A DNA stretch of 27,894 bases from Fonticula alba ATCC 38817 (taxonomy: Eukaryota > Protista > Nucleariida). Where the stretch lies: NCBI GenBank assembly GCA_000388065.2, contig KB932214.1; one strand, 5' to 3'. The stretch's first letter is position 1. The number at the start of each line of letters is the position of its first letter. The notes below the pieces were generated by a model. That model saw only the letters and a program-made list of their open reading frames with translations. It had not been told where the DNA came from and searched no databases. This document shows positions 18,122 through 27,894 of the stretch, piece after piece. The translations under genes were made by a program, and so were the position numbers.

Positions 18122-21100
18122 TTACTGGTGCTGGGCCGCGGCGGAGCCGGTGGCACGGGGCTGCACCCGGGACCCACGCCGCCGGCGGGGCGGACGGTTG
18201 GCCTCCGGGGTGGTCACCGGATTGGGGCTGGTCGGTCCGGTCGCGGTGGAGTCCTTCGCCGCGGTCGGCACATGCTCCTCGGCAGCCTCGTCGCCAGGCC
18301 CAGCCGGAGACGAGAGGGAAAGCTGGCCGCCGGACAGGTTGCTGTTGCCACCGGCCACCTGGCCGGCGCTCTCGTCGCCGCCGTCGGCCGGAAGCTCGAA
18401 GTGCGTGCCATCCTCCCCGTCGACCATGCGTGGCGAGGAAACCGAGGTCGGCTGGATGTCCAGGTCATCCACCTGGAGCTGGCCGCCGGCGTTGGGGCCG
18501 GCCGCCATGTCGGAGGCCTCCTCCTCCTCCTCCTCCTCCTCCTCCTCCGGGAAGAGAACCGCCCCGCCGAGGCCGCGCCCCCCGGCCGGCGAGTTGACCG
18601 ACAGGTTGGCCATGGCGTCCACCAGGATCGACGGCGAGTAGGACGCGAGGTCCCCATTGCCCGGGCGCATGTCGCGACCCGCGGCGGTGTATGGCTCGGG
18701 CGATGTCTCGCCGATCGCGAACTCGGCGCTGGTCTCCGGCGTGAAGGGGTCCTCCTCGTCGGAGTACCCGCCATCGGAGACGGCATCGCTGTCCTCCTCC
18801 TCCTACTCGTCGGTCATGGCGTCCGAGCCACCGCGGAAGACCCCGGTGAAGCCGAGCGAGTAGGCGACTATGTGTGCACATGCGCGGCAACGGAGGGAGG
18901 AGAGGGGGAGAGAGAGAGAAAGAAACAAACACACAAAGATGCGATAGCACAAAAGGAGAACCGGGGCAGATGGAGTCAGACACACGGGCAACAAAAAAAA
19001 AAAGCACAACACCACAAAAAAGCAAGGGAGAAAAAAAGGCCAACAGCCCCCCCCCCCCTCGCCATGATGATGACGACGCACACTGCGAGCCCAAATCAAT
19101 CTCATCCGGCTGGAAGGAGTTCATGACAAACATGCGCAGCTGGTCCTCGCTGGTGTAGGGGGACGGGTTGACATAGTCATCCAGCTGGCCAACACCGAAG
19201 TCCTGCCCGCCAAGACCATAGTCACTGGAGTGCTCGAGGATCGGCGCCGGCAGCGGCCCGGCATACGGCAGCGGCCGCCGGTAGATCGGCGAGTCGTAGT
19301 CATCCAGATCATGCAGCCCGCCACCGGCGCCGCCCAGGAAGGAGGACCCCATCATGAGCGGCGGCTGGCCCAGCAGGTCATGATGCCCGGAGTACTCCAT
19401 CAGACGATCGAGGTCCAGGGCACCGCCGGCACCACGGCCCCCGGGCCCGGTGCCCGCCACCGACATGGACCGCCGCCGCCGGACCAAGTCCACCAGGGAC
19501 AGGGTCTGCCGGCGGGTTTCCACCCGGAGGATCGGCAGGAAGAGCCGCCACACCGGGTGCTGGGCCAGCTCATTCGGCAGGAAGGCCCGCTCCGGCAGGG
19601 AGTCCGCCGTCAGGCGGATGACATTCAACAGCAGCAGGGCATACCCACGCGTGGGAGGGGGCGACTGCCGGGGAAGCCCGACGCCGCCGACGACCCCGGC
19701 CCCGGCCGCGTGCTCGTCATGCGTGTCGTCCACCGGCGCGGCCGGCTGCGTCGCCACCTCGGCACTGATGTCCGGGGCAAACATGAACAGCGGGTCGTCA
19801 TACGACAGGCCGGGGCCGCCGCCGGAGGAGGAGGAGGAGGAGCCGGCCGCCCCCCCGGACCCGGAGAGGGACACCTGCTGCTGCTGCTGGTGGTCTAGAT
19901 CGTCGGCCGAGGGGTCGACAGTCTCGCCGGCGGAGGAGGCGGCGCCGGCGGACGCCATCAGCGCCTCGAAGTCCAGGTCCGGGAAGTCGCGCTGGACCAG
20001 GCGCAGCTCCTCGGCCGGCAGGGGGAACCCCGTGGCCGCGACCATGGCCCCGATGATGCCGGACCGGAGGACCATGGTGCGCATGGTCCGCGCGCACAGG
20101 TGGCTATGCCGCAGGGCCGTGACAAAGAGCTTGAAGAAGAGCGTGTGGTAGAGGTTGTTGTGCGGGTGCTGGATGAACCAGGTGGTCAGGCAGCGCCAGA
20201 AGTCCACGTCCAGGAAGCGCAGGAACTTCTGCAGCTGCGCCACCGACGAGGAGGACGGGGCCCCGGGCTCGCCGTCGTACAGGAAATGCGCGGACAGGCT
20301 GCCGGAGGTGCCGGTCCCGGTGGCCCCGGGCCCGGCGCCGAAGCCATCCCCATCGATGGCCCCGCCGGCCGGGTCTTCGCACTCGGAATCGCTGGCCTGG
20401 TCGAAGTCCTGGTTGAGATCCAGCTCGTGGTACAGCTCGAAGATCAGCTCCAGCACCACCAGCCGCAGCGAGGGGAAGCACCGGGACACGTCGTACGCCG
20501 AGAAGGACACCGACACCGGGAAGCCGGAGGAGGCCTTCTCCGCGTCGGTCTCCGTCACGTAGAACGGGTCCATCAGCAGGCGCAGCAGGTCCGGCATGCG
20601 GTTGCGCAGGTACTGCGAGATGGACGAGTAGAAAGGGTGCAGCCCATTGACCAGGCGCTGGTTCTCCAGGGCCACGCCATTGCCGGAGGGGATGACCACC
20701 TCGAAGAAGTTGGGAGTGCTGTGCAGGGGGGCGTGGGGGGGGGGGGCGGGGGAAGAAGGGTGAGCTGGGCCGGAAGAGGGACCCACAACGCGAGGGCATG
20801 AAAAGGCCGGCCCCCGGCGGGCCCGGCGAGGACGCACGATTTCCCGAGCAACGTCAGCACCACGCGCATGGCCACCGAGCGCTGGGCATTGCCAATGTGC
20901 GCGTCACGGGACAGGGCAATGTCCAGCAGCCAGTCGAGCATGGTCTCGGAGTCGGGCGACGCGTCGGACACCTGCGGCACGCGGCCCTCCGCCGGGAGGA
21001 CCATGTCCGGGAAGTCCGCGCAGAAGGCCTCCAGCTCGGCCTCGACGAACTTGTGCAATGTCGGCGGCTCGTGGTGGCCGCCGGCGCCCCCGAGGGAGCC

Positions 21101-22856
21101 GGGGCCCCCCAGCTGGGCCTGCTGCTGCTGCTGCTCGTACTGCGCCTGCGGGACCAGGTGGTTGATGATCAAGTTGGCGGTCTCCAGGCGCGGGCTCTCG
21201 TCGATCACCCGGACCAGGAAGTCCCCGATGGCGAAGGAGTCGAAGGGGTCCGCCCGGCCGATGTGCGCCACGGCATGCTTGAAGAGGTTCACCTCGCGCA
21301 GGCGCTGGTAGAAGGCGATGCGCTCGGAGGTGGGGAGGGGGAAGAACAGGAGCGTGCCCATGACCGTGGACACGGACGAGTCTTCGAGGTAGCTGTGTGT
21401 GTGTGTGTGTATGTGTGAGCGCCGGTCTTCAGGATGGATTGGGACGAGGGGGGGGGGGGCGAGGGGCACGTACTCAAGCATGCGAGACATGAGCGGCTCG
21501 CCGGTGTTGGGCATCTTGGTAGACACCAAGTGGATGACCTGCGTGTGGATAGAACGGAGGGAGGGGGGGGGGGACAGGGGAAGGAGTCAGAAGCCGGAAG
21601 GAGAGCCGGGCCCAGGACCCAAGAGAGGGGGGGGGCAGAAAAAAACCCGAAGATGCAGGGACACGGCAAGGGGGACCACCCCGGGACATGCGAGCGCACC
21701 AGGAGGGCGTTGTTCCGCAGGAGCATGTCCAGCACGCGGCGGAAGTGGTGGAAGTTGCCATACGAGTCGGGGTCGAAGATGCGGAACAGACAGAGCAGGA
21801 TCTTCGGGCACCGGTGGACGATCAGCTTGTTGGTCATGGGCGAGTTGGCATCCGACAGGAGCTCCATCGCGTGGTAGGACCGGCGCAGGGCCATGGGGTC
21901 GGCGAACTGGTCGCGCTCGCGGGGAGGCGCGCCGCTGCAGCCACCGAGAGTGCGGGCAGTGGGGCAGGCCGGGGAGGGGGGGAGAGAGGGAGAGAGAGAA
22001 AGCCACGACGCGGGGTGAGTGGACGAGCAATGGGGCGGGGGGGGGGGGGGGGATGGCCACAGGGCAGCACACGCACGGCACCGGCTTGTAGGTGGGGTCA
22101 TTGCGGGTGATGAACATGACCAGCTGCTCGAGGGCGGAGTCTGTACACGGGCGGCCAGGCCGACAGACAAGGGGGACGGCAGAGGTGAGCGTGGCGGGAC
22201 ATGGGACAGGGGGGGGGGGGGGGGGGGGCGCCGCAAGGTGACGCGCATGGATCGGGCGAGGGGCGGGGCAGGGGAGACAAAAGGGAGGGCGCACCGTGCT
22301 CGAGGAAGACATTCAGCAGGTCCTCGGTCATGCGCGGATCGTCCAGATCCAGGAGCTTGGCGATCAGCTTGTACTCGTCGGTTTGGTGCGGCTGGCCGGG
22401 GCTGCTGGGGCCGGTGGCCGGGCCGCCGTCGGAGTGGTGATGGTGATGGTGGTGGTGGTGGTGATGGTGGTCCGAGTGCTCGGCGTAGCCGCCGATGATG
22501 GCGGCCGAGGCGTGTGGCGCGCCATTGTCGGTGAAGGCATCGACGTAGATGTCGGAAGAGCCGTCGTCGTAGGACTCGTCGTCCTCGTCGTCCTCCTCCT
22601 CGTCGTCCTCATCCTCGTCATTGTCCTCGTCGTCCTCCTCGGGGTCCGAGGTGTCATCCTCGCGCGAGGGGAGAGGCAGAGAGGCCATCGGGGCGGGTCC
22701 TGGCGAGTCCGACTCGATGGTCGATGAGGAGGCCGACGGGTGGGGGGAGGCGGCGACGGCGAGGTCACCATGCGCCTCGGGGGCGGCGGGGGGCGGCGAC
22801 GCGGCTCCAGCGTGCGGGGCGGCGACCGCCCCGGCGGTCGCCGAAGTGGAGGTCAT
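18122..22856 (-). CDS. SAPS-domain (SIT4-associated / PP6 regulatory subunit-like) protein; exons 22856-22295, 22140-22077, 21934-21700, 21538-21474, 21392-20838, 20718-19082, 18867-18803 (TAG; the frame continues to TAA 18122)
   Basis: Six GT..AG introns with consistent phases give 1060 aa up to the TAG. Helical segments line up in order with remembered SAPS/PPP6R motifs: LEQLVMFITR..SYHAMELLS; FHHFRRVLDMLLRN; YLEDSSVSTVMGTLL; RLVVLELIFEL; TWFIQHPHNNLYHT; RGYALLLLNVI. Family call is from motif recall; the start codon could lie in a further upstream exon. Confidence 0.75.
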
Positions 22857-23088
22857 GCTGCGGGGCGTGGGGTAAGGAAAAGGCGAAGGCGAAGGCGGGG
22901 CCGGGGGAGGGGGGCGGGGGCCGGGAGGCGGGGTCACACATACACACACCTGGGGAGAGACGAGGGGAGGTCTACCGGGAGAGTGGGCGTGGGTTATCCG
23001 AGTGGGGACAGCCTAGGCGCACGCGCGACCGGGGCCGTCGAGGGGAGGGTGGGGAAGAAAGGGGGGCGGGAAGGTGGGGGTGAGGGGG

Positions 23089-23166
23089 GAGAGACCGAGA
23101 GACAGAGAGACAGAGAGACAGAGAGAGAGAGAGAGACAGAGAGAGAGAGACAGAGAGAGAGAGACA

Positions 23167-23260
<94 letters not shown>

Positions 23261-23266
23261 GAGAGA
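23089..23266. repeat. Composite (GA)n/(GACA) microsatellite
   Basis: Directly visible; reads as a polypyrimidine tract on the SAPS sense strand upstream of its ATG. Confidence 0.95.
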
Positions 23267-24089
23267 AAGGGGACGGGTGTGGAGCCGTGAGCTGGGCAAG
23301 GGGGGATACCGGGGGAAAGGCCGGAGCTGCGCGGGCACTCGGGGCTAAGGCGACGGTGGCGACGGCGGTGGCGGCGACGGTGGCGACGGCGACAGCGACA
23401 GCGGCAGGAAGGCGCAGAGGGGGAAGAGGGAGGGGGGAAGGATCAAAAGGGGAGGGGGGGGAGGGATAACGGATGGCCGCCATCCGCGGTGCCGGGACGG
23501 GCGCCGGGTCGCGAAAAAAGATAACCGCCCCCCGCCGGCCAGTGTCCCGGCGCTGGCTGCGGCCTCCGGGCGTCGGCCGCCCGCCCGCCCGCCCCGACCC
23601 CGCCTCGGGCCCGGCACACAAGGGAGGCGGGCCGGAGGCGGTTGGACCCGCTCTCGACCCCCGCGCCCCTGCTCGGGCGCTCCGGCTCCCCGGGGGGTTG
23701 AGGGGGTGGGGGCGCGGATGTGCACAATAATATGCGCCCGGCGCGCGCCAGTTTGCGTCTGCCTGCCTTCCCCGCCCGCCCGCCCGGGGGGGGGGGACCG
23801 CAGCGGGGCTAGAGCGGCACCGGCAGGCGCTCCCCTCCGCGCAGCCGTGTTGAGGGGGAAGCGGGGGGGGGGGGGGGCGGGCGAAGTCTCCGGCGCGCGT
23901 CGGTGTCTTGGCCTCCCACGCACCACGGTCCGTCGTCTTGAGGGATAGAGGAACGGCGGCATAATAAAGAAAGGCCCATTATCCCCCCGAACGGGGAGTC
24001 CAGTTCCGGGCCCCGGGGAGGGGGATCGCCCCCCTGCTCGCGTGTCGGCGTGCCCTCGGAGGGAAACGGTTTGTCAGCCGGCTCCCCGG

Positions 24090-24091
<2 letters not shown>

Positions 24092-24131
<40 letters not shown>
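24092..24131. repeat. (GA)20 microsatellite
   Basis: Directly visible. Confidence 0.95.
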
Positions 24132-24133
<2 letters not shown>

Positions 24134-25566
24134 AGAGGGTCCAGCCCGCCGCGGCGGTTAGGGAGGCGGTGTTAACGGCGGCCGGCCGGTCGTGTCCCAG
24201 GTCCCCCGGGCTGGCGGGCGGGCCCTCTCGCGGAAGGGGCGCCAGAACGGCGGGGGACGGCACACACGCACCCAGGGGATGGGCATGGTCCACGCCGCGG
24301 CGCGCGGAGATGGGCTCCCAGGTGCGATGTTCACCCCCGAGCGCGCGCATGCAGACGCGCGTACGCGCGTGTGTACACACGCACTTGCGCCGCTGGGGGC
24401 CATGTTCCCACCCCTGCGCCCCCTGGCAAACTCCCTGCCGGCCTGGCTGCCGGAGGAGGTAATGACTGGGCGGGGGGAGCCCAACGCCGGGATAGGGCTT
24501 ACACAAAAATACACCCCCTGGACGGACAGGCGCGCCGATCTGCCATCTAGCGCGGGGCGCGCGCGCGCGCGCGCACATAGTCGCGAGTCCTGGCCGGGGG
24601 CGGGCCGGCCGTCGGGCGCTCTGACAAGACCACCCACATCTACTGACAGACACACACACACACGGTCACGGAGGGGGGGGACGAGGGCAGAGACAACAGG
24701 AGCGGGCGCCCCCCGGTGGTTCGCCCAGGGTCAGGGGAGGCGAGGGAGAGGCGTGCTTCTTGTTTTCCGCGCGCGCGCGCGCGCGCGCACACACACGGGA
24801 GCCGCCCACTTCCGAGGGGCCTGCATCTTGGCCGGGTCTCGCCGTCGTAGCGGCGACGTGTCCCCATTTTAGGTGATTCCTTGCGTTTGTTGCTGTGCCC
24901 CCCCCCCCCCCAGACGCTTGTAGAGATCGCTCGGCGCCCCTCTGTTGGGGGATAGAGGGGGCACAGCTCCCGACTGACTGCGGCTCCGCGGAGCTGCGCG
25001 CGCGCGCGGGTGCACGGTTTGACGTTGCCCTCGGCCCTGGGCAGCGGTGGGGGGGGGGGGAGGGGGGGCAGGGGCCGGAAACGCCCGGCCGGCCGCCCGC
25101 CCACTGGGGAAACTGTCGAGAAGCGCTCTCCCTCTCTGTGTGTGTGTGTGTGTGTGTCTGTGCACACGGCGCCGGAAAGAAGGCCCGTTTCTGCCCCGCC
25201 GCGGGAAGAAGCCCAACACAAATGCCCCCCCGCCCCCCGCACCCGGGCTCCTCCACATCCCGCATCCACACACACGCACACACACACGCCACAGTGTCCG
25301 CATCGGGGCACGGACACGCCCGAGCGCCCAAGGGCCGACACAGCCGCCAATGGACCTCCCGAGCCCCGCCCCCTTGTTGCGGTGTTGGTGACGGTCCACG
25401 ATCCGGCCGTTCCCAGAGACTATGCCTCTGGCCCCCGCCCCCGCGTATTAACACGCTCCGCGGCGCCGGCGGCCGGGGGCGGGGGGGGGGGGCGCTGGTG
25501 CTCCGGAACCGGGGGCACGGCAAATGCTTTCTACCCGCCGCTGTGGGCGCGGAGTCAGCACCCCTT

Positions 25567-25619
25567 CCGGGAGGGGGGGCGGCGGGGGGAGATGGCAGAT
25601 CTCAGAGTGCCGGCGTGTG
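25567..25619 (+). repeat. 53-bp exact direct repeat, second copy at 27197-27249
   Basis: CCGGGAGGGGGGGCGGCGGGGGGAGATGGCAGATCTCAGAGTGCCGGCGTGTG ends just before gap 25620-25671 and starts again just after gap 27187-27196. Confidence 0.9.
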
Positions 25620-27127
25620 NNNNNNNNNNNNNNNNNNNNNNNNNNNNNNNNNNNNNNNNNNNNNNNNNNNNCCCCCCCCCCCCGGTCGAACAGCACCACC
25701 CCGGGTTCCCTCTTCCGGGGTATGCTTCCATGCGAATGGCGAATGTTTGTGCAACCGGTACCGACCCCCCACATCCCCCCGACCTTTTCCAACGGGCGCG
25801 AGCGGAGAGGCGCCGCCGGGCGGCCTCGCGGCGAAGGGCCGTTGACCGCGAGCCCGGCCGAGTGTGGCTCTATGTGTGCGCGCGCGCGCACCAGGGAGCC
25901 AGGAGGGGGAGGAAAGCCCAAGCGCTAGGGTCTAGACTGGACCGGCGTGCCTGCCGCCCTGGGGCCGGCCGGGCGGGGGGTGACAAGGCGGCGGAGATAC
26001 GCTCTGGCCGTCATTGACTGCGCCAGCATGAGCCCCTCATCTCGATGCCCGCCGTGTGGTGGAGCCCCGGCGCGGGCACTTACATCTCTCGATGGGGGGG
26101 AGGGGGGGGGGGGGGGCAGCAGAGCGTCTGCCAGCCGAGGGGAGATAACGGCCGGGCCCGCCAGCGGCGTCGAGTCCGGGGCCGGGGGGCCGGGGGCCGG
26201 GGGAGGCAGGGCCCGGAATGCTGACAGTCGGGAATGCCGTTGTCCCAGTCATGTGCGCCGTGTTCGCCCGGGGCGCCGAGTGTCACATTGTCGCGGCCTC
26301 TGGGCTATTCGGATGGCCGCCGTGCTGATGCGGTAGGAGAGACAGAATGTGCGGTCTCCAAAGACAGCCCCTGCCCGGGCCCCCCACTCTGCCGGCGACG
26401 CCCGCTGGACTGGGGGTGTGGCCTCGCAGGAAAACCGGGAGGGGCCCCCTCTCCTGCGACCCGGTGTCTGCTGCACATGCGCCCAAATCTCCTACACACG
26501 AGCGGAGTGCCCTCCGGCATGCGGCCATCCATGCCGCGCATGTGTGTGTGCGTGTGTGTGCAATGTGGAAAGAGGAGGGGCAGTCCACTACGCATATGTA
26601 TGCTGACGTGTGTATTTCGTGTGCGTTCGCCATGTATCGGCCTCGGGGCCGGATACCTCTCGACTGTGGGAGGCCACATACGCCGGGGCACGCACACACA
26701 AAGGTGCACAGGAGGAGGAGAAGGAGGAGGAGGAGGAGAGCAGAGAGCAAGGAGGAGGGGGGGGGGCATATGTGTGTCAGGGGCTGTACAAGGAGACGAG
26801 GAGCGGGGAGGGGAGGCACTCTATATGTGTGCTCCCGCTGCTCCCCAAGTCCCTGGTGCCGCGTGTGTATGCGTCCGTACGGTGATGAAGGGACATGTAG
26901 AAGACACGTATGAGCGCGAGGCCGAGAGAGGCCGAGAGAGGGAGGGAAGAACAGGAGGACACATAGGCAGCAGCAGAGGGTGAGAGGAGGCAAAGGAGCA
27001 GACACAGGCCCTCGAGTTCCTCCTTGCCACTGCTCTTTGGGCGTCGCGTCTTTTTCTGCGCTTCATGCGTCGGTGTCGGCGGCATCGTCACCGTCATCAA
27101 TGTTGTCACCATCACCACCACGATCAC

Positions 27128-27186
27128 CAACAGCAGCAACAGCAGCAACAGCAGCAACAGCAGCAACAGCAGCAACAGCAGCAACA
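27128..27186. repeat. (CAGCAGCAA)n 9-bp tandem repeat running into a gap
   Basis: Directly visible. Confidence 0.9.
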
Positions 27187-27894
27187 NNNNNNNNNNCCGG
27201 GAGGGGGGGCGGCGGGGGGAGATGGCAGATCTCAGAGTGCCGGCGTGTGTGGGCGTGTGCGTCGCCGGCGCTGGTTCTCACAGGCCGAGGGGCACCTGGC
27301 CCGGGGCGAGGTGCCGGACGATGGAGCGCACCGGCGCCGGGGCGCGGGGGTTGCCCCGGAGTGCTGCCGCCACTGCTGCCGGCCCAAGAGGCGTCGCCCC
27401 CCCCCCCCCCCCGCCCCCCCGGGCTCACTGTTGCCCGGGAGTTGGGGCTGGGAGACCATCTTTCGCCCGTCTCCCGCCCGCCGCCAGTCTCTGTCTTCGC
27501 GGCCCTCCCCCGCCCTCCCCCACGGGGCGATGTGTGGGTCGCCGCCGGCGGCGGCCCTGCCCTCGGCGTGCCCGGACACAACACATACTCCGCCCCCGGC
27601 CCCGCTCGTTTGGAGATGGCCATGTGCTTTTTTGGGCCGGACGATCGGCCGCTTCCCAGGGGAAGGGCGCGCGTCTGCACGGCCCGAGGCCACATCGCAC
27701 CTGCGGGCAGATCTTACATGCATCCGATCGGTCCCGGCCCGAGAAGGGAGGACCTGTCCAGGGCGTGCGCGCGTGCACGGGAGAGACCCCCTCCCCCGAG
27801 CGGCCCGGACGCGCAGGCCGAGAAGGGGCCGGGGGCGCCGGTATCACAGGCCTCGAGAGCGGCGGGCCCGCCACAGGATACCCCCCCCCCCCCC

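Noticed and set aside
18803-18805. Genome-wide reassignment of TAG to a sense codon
   Set aside because: No other internal TAG in the other gene models, and TAG terminates the left-edge gene, paralog 3 and the ANL gene.
18465-19083. Alternative SAPS frame using donor GTGTGC at 19083, which would avoid the TAG
   Set aside because: Gives Arg/Gly-rich off-frame sequence with poor codon bias; GTGCGT at 19081 matches the window's donor consensus and gives the acidic tail.
2580-27420. Numerous poly-G/poly-C runs with G-quadruplex potential
   Set aside because: Ubiquitous in this genome and adjacent to most gaps (likely sequencing dropout); no specific locus stands out.
1-27894. Mobile elements, CRISPR arrays, rRNA or tRNA genes
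   Set aside because: No transposase, RT or integrase motifs, terminal repeats, repeat-spacer arrays or rRNA/tRNA signatures were recognised.

Overview
GC-rich, intron-containing eukaryotic genomic scaffold with poly-G/C runs, CA/GA microsatellites and six N gaps. It is not prokaryotic; the taxon cannot be fixed from sequence, though the style resembles GC-rich protists or algae. Most six-frame ORFs are antisense shadows or gap-spanning artefacts. Supported content: (1) the last exon of a gene cut by the left edge (18-217, +); (2) three paralogous secreted proteins (945-2558 -, 7120-8661 + with one intron, 11925-13238 +), each with one or two copies of an unfamiliar 8-cysteine module fused, at a fixed 10-residue spacing, to a Cys-free QDPH-initiated VWD-like/root-cap-like domain; (3) a divergent U6 snRNA gene with TATA box (14205-14321, +); (4) a 3-exon stand-alone ANL-superfamily adenylating enzyme (14622-16862, -); (5) a 7-exon SAPS/PP6-regulatory-subunit-like gene (-) with an in-frame TAG at 18803-18805 followed by 227 more in-frame codons. 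The right end (24-27.9 kb) has no confident gene and carries an exact 53-bp duplication flanking a gap-bounded contig. The best candidate for a new system is the 8-Cys/DPH precursor family, which may self-process to release or covalently anchor a ~70-aa disulfide-rich module. All gene models were assembled by hand and need RNA-seq confirmation.
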